From IMG/VR virus record IMGVR_UViG_2671180460_000011, positions 1 to 9,735 of that record: DNA of 9,735 nt; one strand, 5' to 3'. The translations under genes and the position numbers were made by a program. Below, in pieces: positions 1-5,771 of this stretch (position 1 is its first letter; each line of letters begins with the position of its first letter). The notes under the pieces were generated by a model. The model saw nothing but the letters and a program-made list of their open reading frames with translations, had not been told where the DNA came from and made no database searches. The DNA is from a virus. Taxonomy: Duplodnaviria; Heunggongvirae; Uroviricota; Caudoviricetes.

Positions 1-252
1 TTACCATATTTCGTCACCCGCAGGGGTGGATTTACCCCAGACATCCTGCTCGCTAAGTTCCGCGGCGTTCATGTCACACTGTGCCAGCAGTTCATCAAGC
101 GAGTAGCGCCTGGAGATGGGTGTCAGAATCAGTTGGTTGTTGCTCACCTGCGCTTCCACGCTCTGCCCCGGCTGTAAGTTAAGTTCTTTCATTACGATAT
201 TGGGAATGACCATACCTGCACTGTTCCCCCATCTTTTTATGGTAATACGCAT
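1..252 (-). CDS. chpS: ChpS (ChpBI) antitoxin of the ChpB-ChpS toxin-antitoxin pair, MazE/AbrB-fold; host gene
   Basis: Translation MRITIKRWGNSAGMVIPNIVMKELNLQ...GDEIW (83 aa) matches my recollection of E. coli ChpS and resembles MazE. ATG at 250-252 (rc), GGAGG at 258-262 (rc) 5 nt upstream, stop at 1-3 (rc TAA). The ORF track's start at 258 is an in-frame GTG two codons upstream. Confidence 0.75.
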   Translation of the reverse strand: MRITIKRWGNSAGMVIPNIVMKELNLQPGQSVEAQVSNNQLILTPISRRYSLDELLAQCDMNAAELSEQDVWGKSTPAGDEIW

Positions 253-266
253 CTGCACCTCCTTAA

Positions 267-283
267 GTTATACAAAGTATAAC
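267..283. promoter_or_regulatory. Perfect 7-bp inverted repeat GTTATAC-AAA-GTATAAC just upstream of the chpS RBS; likely operator for TA autoregulation
   Basis: The palindrome is read directly from the sequence. Type II antitoxins of the MazE/ChpS family autoregulate through palindromes overlapping their promoter. Confidence 0.4.
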
Positions 284-457
284 TCACGGTGCTACAGGAA
301 ACGTTTTACCCCTGCACATTTGTGAACGCCAGCAGAGTTTTTTATGCGATTGCAGATATGGAAAGCGGCTCGGAGAGAAAAGCAAAAGATGGAAAAGTTA
401 CAAAAAAAAATCGCGAGATACATCGCATAAAACAACGCCACCCGAAGGTGACATGAA

Positions 458-480
458 GGAGGCCGAGCACACTGGCCTCC
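458..480 (+). other. GC-rich hairpin (GGAGGCC / 9-nt loop / GGCCTCC) in the host-prophage junction
   Basis: 7-bp perfect stem seen in sequence, followed on + by CTTTGATATAT (weak T-tract). Could be a host terminator remnant or part of the att region; function unknown. Confidence 0.3.
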
Positions 481-517
481 CTTTGATATATCAATTAGTT
501 ACATTAATACACATAGT

Positions 518-540
518 CTTAAGTGGGCTTATTTAGTCCT
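518..540. other. Putative attachment-site core (prophage end)
   Basis: The reverse complement reads AGGACTAAATAAGCCCACTTAAG. It shares AAATAAGCCC and TAAG with the P2 att core as I recall it (AAAAAATAAGCCCGTGTAAGGGAGATT, from memory and uncertain). It lies just downstream of the int stop, where P2 attP lies. Confidence 0.3.
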
Positions 541-543
541 ATT

Positions 544-1539
544 TTATGGGCAATATCTGGACAACTCAGCCACAGGATTAAAGCGCACAGCATCCTGTAG
601 ATAATCCGGTGCAAAATGGGCATAAGTCATCGTCTGCTGAATAGTGCTATGTCCAAGTATTCTCTGCAAAGTGATGATATTCCCACCATTAATCATGAAG
701 TGAGTGGCAAAGGTATGCCGTAAAACATGTATCGACTGCCCTTCAGGAAGATCGGGCCTCACCTTTCTGATAGCAGCTCTGACAGCTGCATAACTTGGAT
801 AAATTAAACGACCAGTGGCCTTTGTTTTAATCATGCACTCCAGTTCTGACGATATAGGTATAACGCGACGCTTCCCATTTTTGGTTTCCATAAAAATGAC
901 TTTGCCGCTAATAACATGCTCCCCCTTGATATTTGCAACCTCACTCCATCTTCCACCTGTTGCCAGACACAACAAGACTGCTTTTAATTCATCACCAGAT
1001 AACAACTCCAGTAATCGTGGAATATCTTCATGATACAAATAAGCCATTTCAGGCTGTTTGATATTAAGTTTTTTCACATCATGAAACGGATTAGCCCCAG
1101 AATATTCCTCTGCGTCAATTAGTTTTGTGAAAAAACCACTCATCATTGCGCAATAACGATTAACCGTGGATTGTTTTATTCCGCGGTTAAGCAACAATAA
1201 CCGATAATTAATTATGTTCTTACGAGTAAGTTGGTCACTGCGTGTAACATTAATACTTTCAAGATCACTAATGACCGCAGAAATACGCACTCGCTCCATC
1301 GAACCGTAAGGATGATTTTTACCGTGATACAACCACCAACAATCCAGCAACTCCCTCAGCGAGCGCCGTTCTGTTGGCTTATCAACCCAGTCTTTGTCGT
1401 GGTAATGCTGCAATACATGACGCTCATACAAAACAGCCTCACCACGAGTATCAAATCGCCGCCTGAATCTCTTTCCTTCTGATCCAGCAGGCCGCACGTC
1501 CACACAAAATTTGCCATTAGCGAGCTTCTTAATCGACAT
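544..1539 (-). CDS. int: Tyrosine recombinase / integrase, P2 Int family
   Basis: 331 aa from MSIKKLANGKFCVDVRPAGSEGKRFRRRF. The C-terminal HVLRHTFATHFMINGGNIITLQRILGHSTIQQTMTYAHFAPDYLQDAV nearly matches the P2 Int catalytic region (HxLRH box, catalytic Tyr in YAHF). ATG at 1537-1539 (rc) with GGAGGG 7 nt upstream. The ORF track's extra 12 N-terminal codons lack an RBS. Confidence 0.9.
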   Translation of the reverse strand: MSIKKLANGKFCVDVRPAGSEGKRFRRRFDTRGEAVLYERHVLQHYHDKDWVDKPTERRSLRELLDCWWLYHGKNHPYGSMERVRISAVISDLESINVTRSDQLTRKNIINYRLLLLNRGIKQSTVNRYCAMMSGFFTKLIDAEEYSGANPFHDVKKLNIKQPEMAYLYHEDIPRLLELLSGDELKAVLLCLATGGRWSEVANIKGEHVISGKVIFMETKNGKRRVIPISSELECMIKTKATGRLIYPSYAAVRAAIRKVRPDLPEGQSIHVLRHTFATHFMINGGNIITLQRILGHSTIQQTMTYAHFAPDYLQDAVRFNPVAELSRYCP

Positions 1540-1605
1540 AAGGAAGCCCTCCAATGAAAACATCATCTTGATCACTGCTCTGGGAAATAAATGCCTGGTG
1601 AACCG

Positions 1606-1899
1606 TTAACCAGTTTTCTTGCCGGAGCGGGATGATTCCACTTCGTCTTGCCCAATGTGTGCGAGAGCCGGTACAACCTGCCCGGCCTTGGGTTCAACTT
1701 CATCAAACAAAAACCAGTCGCGATATTTAGAAAATCTCGGGTGCTTGAAAAGCTTGATAGTGATCTCAAGGCCAGGAAGGTTACGACCATACTCATAACT
1801 GGTCAGAGCAGAATAAGAAATCCCAATCATATCAGCGAATTCCCGCTGAGTGAGATCTTCAGATTTACGCATGACGCGAATTTTTTGAGGAATGTCCAT
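1606..1899 (-). CDS. C: Immunity repressor, P2 C-type (short HTH repressor)
   Basis: 97 aa MDIPQKIRVMRKSEDLTQREFADMIGISYSALTSYEYGRN...PALAHIGQDEVESSRSGKKTG aligns along its length with P2 C as recalled (IVLMRKSE...YGTLSYYESGR...PALAHFGQNE...SGQKTG). ATG at 1897-1899 (rc), AGGAG 8 nt upstream. Same strand as and upstream of int, as in the P2 C-int transcript. Confidence 0.85.
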   Translation of the reverse strand: MDIPQKIRVMRKSEDLTQREFADMIGISYSALTSYEYGRNLPGLEITIKLFKHPRFSKYRDWFLFDEVEPKAGQVVPALAHIGQDEVESSRSGKKTG

Positions 1900-2013
1900 T
1901 TGACAAACTCCTACACATGTGTAGATTAATACCACATATGAACAGCAAACAAATGTTCTAAGTGGTTCCAACTAGTGCCAATTAGAAAAAGCACCAATGG
2001 CGGAGGATATCAG
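1900..2013. promoter_or_regulatory. Lysis-lysogeny switch region: candidate rightward early promoter and operator palindrome
   Basis: TTGACA at 1900-1905 (+), TAGATT at 1922-1927 (16-bp spacer). A 14-bp perfect palindrome CTACACATGTGTAG at 1911-1924 sits between these hexamers. The leftward Pc promoter is expected further right but I could not pin it confidently. Confidence 0.45.
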
Positions 2014-2439
2014 ATGCAAGAAAGCACTCAAAACGCGCCTGAGTCACTTTGCGGAACACGATGCGCTCACCTGTCAGAAATGCCAGAAGGGGAGCATCAA
2101 AAAACAGAACGCAAAGCACGTGAACGTGAAGAAATTCGACTTTCAGAAAATCCCTCGCATCTCCTGTCAAAAGAAGGATTTGCGCTGTATATCGGCAAAA
2201 CGGTTAGCGCCATTGTGAGCATGGCTAAAGCAGGGAAATTGCCAGCCGTGTATATGGCAGACCCTCTTAGGCCAGGAGGAAACGCTGAACTCTACATCAA
2301 CAGAAAAGCGTGGGATGAAGCATGTGATCGCTTGATCGAAAACGCTCCGCAGGAATGGCATGACTGGGAAAACCGCCTGTTTTTATTTAAGCCGACACAT
2401 AGCGAACGAAGCAGAACTAAAAAAGCGAGGGCCGCATGA
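2014..2439 (+). CDS. cox: Cox-like excisionase / early-promoter regulator with an unusual ~50-aa N-terminal extension
   Basis: The C-terminal ~85 aa (LSKEGFALYIGKTVSAIVSMAKAGKLPAVYMADP...AWDEACDRLIENAPQEWHDW) parallels P2 Cox (EFAKLIGKSTGAVRRMIDKGKLPVIDMTDP...AWNNGLKLAYESRPKEIRDGW). ATG at 2014 with GGAGGA at 2002-2007. Alternative in-frame start at ATG 2080 has no SD. Confidence 0.65.
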   Translation: MQESTQNAPESLCGTRCAHLSEMPEGEHQKTERKAREREEIRLSENPSHLLSKEGFALYIGKTVSAIVSMAKAGKLPAVYMADPLRPGGNAELYINRKAWDEACDRLIENAPQEWHDWENRLFLFKPTHSERSRTKKARAA

Positions 2440-2543
2440 TTGCTTTATTGTTAACACATTATTTTCGTCGCCGTTATTTCAAACACGGGCAGTTAGTGGG
2501 CTATATCACACTGCCTGAATGAGTTAAAAGAGGTAACAGTAGA

Positions 2544-2951
2544 ATGAATCACAAAAATAAAGCGCTACTGGAACGACTGGAAACCCTGAAAAACGAAAAG
2601 CCACACCAGAAGCTTTTGCTGGTTTTTCCGGGCAAACCACAGGTTGAAATCAGCATTGACTACCACGAATTACACAGAACGTTCGCTGACCTGATGGCAT
2701 TTAAATCAAAGCTTCAGAATGGCGAAGATTTGAAAAATGTTACCCTGCATCCTGATGATGAATACGGTCATTTTTGTCGAGATGGTGTCAAAGAAACGAT
2801 TGGAATGATTTTAGAACCAATATACGGCGTTGCGCTCCGTTTCCCCGCCAAAGAAATCTTTGAGCTTTATCGACAAATTTTAAGCAGTGACAACATGGTT
2901 ATTGAGGTCGGAAATGTGCCAGAGAAAATCTCCGGCACGGGAGTTAAATAA
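2544..2951 (+). CDS. Hypothetical protein (135 aa), AT-rich moron-like gene
   Basis: Complete ORF, ATG 2544 with AAAGAGG at 2527-2533. No family recognised. Visibly AT-richer than flanking phage genes. Confidence 0.55.
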   Translation: MNHKNKALLERLETLKNEKPHQKLLLVFPGKPQVEISIDYHELHRTFADLMAFKSKLQNGEDLKNVTLHPDDEYGHFCRDGVKETIGMILEPIYGVALRFPAKEIFELYRQILSSDNMVIEVGNVPEKISGTGVK

Positions 2952-3134
2952 TCACTCAGGGAAAGTCCATGTACTTGCCTGAGGATATTTTTCCAACGTG
3001 AGCTTACGCACTTCGTGCATAAGCTTACGAATGGTATTTGATGGCTCTCCTTTATTCGGAGGATTAACCGGCGCTTTCTCTAATACAGAAATTGCCGCAT
3101 TTAGCGCATCAATAACCTTTTTATCATAGGACAT
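2952..3134 (-). CDS. Hypothetical small protein (60 aa), convergent with and abutting the 135-aa gene
   Basis: ATG at 3132-3134 (rc) with AAGGA 7 nt upstream on the minus strand. Its stop (2952-2954) is immediately adjacent to the stop of the + gene (2949-2951). No family recognised. Confidence 0.4.
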   Translation of the reverse strand: MSYDKKVIDALNAAISVLEKAPVNPPNKGEPSNTIRKLMHEVRKLTLEKYPQASTWTFPE

Positions 3135-3276
3135 ATTTTATTCCTTTGTGGTTGGTTGAACACGCGCCCTTTACAGCCCCTTCAAGACTGTGGGCGGTGG
3201 AAAAATACCACAAAACCATGCGCCGGGCATGGCTAAAACCCGGCACAAATTCGCAACAGCAGCAGGATATTTTTGT

Positions 3277-3627
3277 ATGAAGCAACGACGTAATTCTTCA
3301 CAGCAGCGATTCCGCAACGGGACGGAACGCCACGCTAACCGCTTCGCTACCAGTGCATCACGTAGCAGCTCTCGCTACAGCCTGAACGAAACGCACGCAA
3401 CACCAGACGGACACGCTGTAAAACAAATCGGCGAGCATACCTGGCTGATTGAGAAAGCTGGAATCGTGGTCCACAAATGCCCGCGCAATCCGTTTACCGG
3501 AAACCGCATTTTTGCTCTGAGCAGCGGCGACAATCAGTTCGGGCAGGATTTCACATTATACGAAGCGCTTCGCACGGTTGATCGTCTGCTGCGTGGACAG
3601 AGTTTTATTAAACAGGCTGATTTATAA
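3277..3627 (+). CDS. Hypothetical phage early protein (116 aa; basic N-terminus)
   Basis: ORF open from 3190 (GTG); preferred start ATG 3277 with AGGAT at 3264-3268. Alternative ATG at 3229 has no SD. No family recognised. Confidence 0.5.
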   Translation: MKQRRNSSQQRFRNGTERHANRFATSASRSSSRYSLNETHATPDGHAVKQIGEHTWLIEKAGIVVHKCPRNPFTGNRIFALSSGDNQFGQDFTLYEALRTVDRLLRGQSFIKQADL

Positions 3628-3637
3628 CAGGTGCTTT

Positions 3638-3925
3638 ATGACTAAAGACCATACTCAAGGTGTATTTATCCGCTTTATTGATTTTCGCGGTGAACTGTTA
3701 TTACGCGCATCCGCTATTGATGGAGTGGCTCCGGCGGGGAAAAACGGAGCCGCCGAAGCCACTTACGTTTATCTGAACGGCACGCGACTGATCGTGGAAC
3801 TTCCGTACCAGACCGTACGCGAAATCATTAGCGAAGCTGAAAAGGCTCGTCAGGTTAATGGCGATAAACCCTATATCGAAATTATCTGTATGGATTCAGA
3901 AGCTGAAATCCAGAAGGCAGATTAA
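3638..3925 (+). CDS. Hypothetical phage early protein (95 aa)
   Basis: ATG 3638, 10 nt after the upstream stop, with a weak SD (AGGTG 3629-3633). Coding-like composition. No family recognised. Confidence 0.5.
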   Translation: MTKDHTQGVFIRFIDFRGELLLRASAIDGVAPAGKNGAAEATYVYLNGTRLIVELPYQTVREIISEAEKARQVNGDKPYIEIICMDSEAEIQKAD

Positions 3926-3935
3926 AGGGTGTGCG

Positions 3936-4178
3936 ATGGACAAAGAATATAAAGCTCTTGTCAACAAAGCACTTGAGCGTTTTTATTTTCGCTTAAACAC
4001 ATCAGGGGCCCAGGCAGAACACGCAGCCCATGATTCATTAGCGAGGGCAATCAGAAGCCTTTATGACGTGGCCTTTTACGCTGACGATTTGGATGCGATT
4101 AACGAACTTTCCGAACTCGTCTGCGCTGCAGAATGCGGGGATCGCATTGAACCATATAAACTGGGGAATATCGCATGA
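3936..4178 (+). CDS. Hypothetical phage early protein (80 aa)
   Basis: ATG 3936 with AAGGG at 3925-3929. Its stop TGA 4176-4178 overlaps the ATG 4175 of the next peptide gene (ATGA). Confidence 0.5.
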   Translation: MDKEYKALVNKALERFYFRLNTSGAQAEHAAHDSLARAIRSLYDVAFYADDLDAINELSELVCAAECGDRIEPYKLGNIA

Positions 4179-4312
4179 GTATATTTATGTCATGGATTGT
4201 TCTGATTATTTCGGTGGCCTGCGCAATCGGGATTATGCGAATTATTCATTCAGTGAAAAAGATTGAGCGTTTTTTTCTGACGAATAACAGCACAAATAAA
4301 ACACCAGATTAA
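4175..4312 (+). CDS. Small single-pass membrane peptide (45 aa), MSIFMSWIVLIISVACAIGIMRIIHSVKKIERFFLTNNSTNKTPD; absent from the ORF track
   Basis: Hand-translated codon by codon. ATG 4175 with GGGGA at 4163-4167 and ATGA overlap with the upstream stop. A ~19-residue hydrophobic stretch is followed by a basic tail (RIIHSVKKIER). Stop TAA 4310-4312. Confidence 0.4.
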   Translation: MSIFMSWIVLIISVACAIGIMRIIHSVKKIERFFLTNNSTNKTPD

Positions 4313-4380
4313 ATAAGAAAACGTGAAAACCATCCGAATTAGCGGAGGCATTCACACACGTAAATAATGGAGATAGAAAA

Positions 4381-4791
4381 ATGAACGCAAAAGAAAAAGG
4401 CATTGTAACTGCGCTAAAAAATATATCGAAGACCGCAAACAGAGCCATTCAGGATGCAACAAATGCAGGAATGATTGGGCCTGCCACCACAGCCATGATG
4501 ATAGCAAGAGCAACCGCCGAAGCAGCCGAAATCATCGAAAAACAGGATGCTGAACTAACGGTTCTCAAAACACAACCAACCACCAGACTGAATTTATCTG
4601 ACATTGGACACCTTATTCATATTATTGGCTCGGAGCTACAGCAATACATCATTATCGCCGAATTGCAGGACAAATACCTGATTACCCCTTACCCCATAAG
4701 AGAGTCAGAAGTTCTGACAAATCTCCGCCTGATAGAACGCACTCAGGTCGCATTCATTGATGGCACGCAACGTGCCGTATTTAACGCATAG
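4381..4791 (+). CDS. Hypothetical protein (136 aa), Ala/Thr-rich N-terminal half; AT-rich gene with its own RBS
   Basis: ATG 4381 with GGAGA at 4369-4373, preceded by a 68-bp AT-rich spacer. No family recognised. Confidence 0.55.
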   Translation: MNAKEKGIVTALKNISKTANRAIQDATNAGMIGPATTAMMIARATAEAAEIIEKQDAELTVLKTQPTTRLNLSDIGHLIHIIGSELQQYIIIAELQDKYLITPYPIRESEVLTNLRLIERTQVAFIDGTQRAVFNA

Positions 4792-4814
4792 GGCTATTGG
4801 ACAAAGAGAGCGTA

Positions 4815-5018
4815 ATGGCAATTAAGCATTTTCCCGTCGTTCGCTTTACCTCCAGAGGGCGCGAATACGAGGTCGACGAACGCCTGATTACCACTATCGA
4901 CAAACACCGTTCAGAAAAAGATGCACATCACATCTATCTCACTGACGGCACTTACTTCTGCGCCACCAACGTGGTGCAGGTGAATCTTATCAGACTGGTA
5001 CAGGAGTCACGCAGATGA
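4815..5018 (+). CDS. Hypothetical small protein (67 aa)
   Basis: ATG 4815 (MAIKHFPVVRF...) with AAGAGAG upstream. The ORF track start at 4797 is TTG. Stop TGA 5016-5018 overlaps the next start (ATGA). Confidence 0.5.
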   Translation: MAIKHFPVVRFTSRGREYEVDERLITTIDKHRSEKDAHHIYLTDGTYFCATNVVQVNLIRLVQESRR

Positions 5019-5260
5019 CCATTCTGGACTACATCGCCGCCAATCCGGGTTGTAGCGGTGGAGAAATCGCCGCAGCACTGAATACCCCAACCACAGCCAT
5101 TAATGCGGAGTTACGCCGACTCTGGCGCGACGGCTTAGTCATCAGAGAAGAACGCAAAACAGGCGGTCGGTTCTCTTACCAGGTAAACCCGATGCCGTTC
5201 GGGTGTGGCAACCCACTTACTCACATGTTTAACCAGCTACTGCAGGAAGCCAGAGCATGA
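5015..5260 (+). CDS. Small winged-helix DNA-binding protein (81 aa)
   Basis: ILDYIAANPGCSGGEIAAALNTPTTAINAELRRLWRDGLVIREERKTGGRFSY has the look of a MarR/PadR-like wHTH with a basic wing. ATG 5015 with CAGGAG at 5001-5006; ATGA coupling at both ends. Confidence 0.55.
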   Translation: MTILDYIAANPGCSGGEIAAALNTPTTAINAELRRLWRDGLVIREERKTGGRFSYQVNPMPFGCGNPLTHMFNQLLQEARA

Positions 5261-5556
5261 GCACCATCAACCACCAGGAACTACGCGAACTGGCGACTGA
5301 CCTGCAACGAATAGCAACGCATCAAAAATTACTGGCGTTTCGCGCAATGCTCTCGCCATCTGCCGTGCTGGCACTGCTGGATGAGCTGGAGCACGCCAGA
5401 ACCATGGCTCCTGCCATTCGCCTGACGCTCCATCATGAAATCGCTGATTTCTGTGCACCACTGGGTTCACCTGGCGAACCGGAAACACCGGAAGCAATGC
5501 AGCGAGAGCTGCTGCAACACATCGACAACGTTTTCGATTTTTTCCTTAACCAGTAA
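5257..5556 (+). CDS. Hypothetical phage protein (99 aa); N-terminus faintly reminiscent of Ead/Ea22-like proteins
   Basis: ATG 5257 (ATGA overlap), AGGAAG at 5244-5249. The start MSTINHQELRELATDLQ resembles the Ead/Ea22 N-terminal pattern; weak, from memory. Confidence 0.5.
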   Translation: MSTINHQELRELATDLQRIATHQKLLAFRAMLSPSAVLALLDELEHARTMAPAIRLTLHHEIADFCAPLGSPGEPETPEAMQRELLQHIDNVFDFFLNQ

Positions 5557-5567
5557 AGGACCGCGAT

Positions 5568-5771
5568 ATGAACAAAAAGACCTGGTTTCGCGCATACATG
5601 TGGGCGCTGGTATGCGTCCTCGTCTCTCTCATTCTGTATGCAGGACTACTCCCCCGAATGATTTCATCAGACAGCTCCTTCCTGGTATTGCTGGGCATTT
5701 TCATTGCCATGCTGTACCCGGCAGGCGTTGTTCGCCTTTTCAGTAAGTACATCAAGGAAATCAAACAATGA
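5568..5771 (+). CDS. Small integral membrane protein, two predicted TM helices (67 aa)
   Basis: ATG 5568 with AAAGGA at 5555-5560. Two hydrophobic segments (WALVCVLVSLILYAGLL and FLVLLGIFIAMLYPAGVV) separated by a short polar loop. Stop TGA 5769-5771 overlaps the ATG 5768 of the SPFH gene. Confidence 0.6.
   Translation: MNKKTWFRAYMWALVCVLVSLILYAGLLPRMISSDSSFLVLLGIFIAMLYPAGVVRLFSKYIKEIKQ

Noticed and set aside
116-325. 69-aa + ORF overlapping chpS
   Set aside because: Antisense to a well-supported gene, no RBS, Cys-rich nonsense-like sequence.
345-431. 28-aa basic peptide ORF in the chpS-int junction (MRLQIWKAARREKQKMEKLQKKIARYIA)
   Set aside because: No Shine-Dalgarno and too short to support without conservation data; the region is more plausibly the att/promoter area.
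815-1482. Two + ORFs (815-1033, 1231-1482) inside int
   Set aside because: Antisense to the integrase, which has strong homology support; no RBS.
1572-2361. Overlapping ORFs around C and cox (1572-1796 -, 1648-1929 +, 1982-2170 -, 1997-2218 +, 2167-2361 -) and the long upstream extensions of C (to 1971) and cox (from 1975)
   Set aside because: Alternative-frame or antisense readings of the C and cox genes; the extended starts lack RBS and add residues not matching homologues.
2436-2522. 28-aa ORF starting with an ATGA overlap on the cox stop
   Set aside because: No SD beyond the coupling, no distinctive features; cannot be supported from sequence alone.
3222-3244. Hairpin GCCGGG / 11-nt loop / CCCGGC, considered as a terminator
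   Set aside because: No adjacent T-tract on + and only a displaced one on -; no upstream gene on the strand where it would terminate. Possibly an operator, unsupported.
3190-3276. Upstream extensions of the 3277 gene (GTG 3190, ATG 3229), and similar extensions at 3578 and 3858
   Set aside because: These are the earliest in-frame start-like codons but lack SD sequences and overlap upstream genes; the downstream ATGs with SDs are preferred.
4063-4448. ORFs 4063-4266 (+) and 4242-4448 (-)
   Set aside because: They overlap the better-supported 3936-4178 gene and 45-aa peptide in other frames, or are antisense in AT-rich DNA; no RBS.
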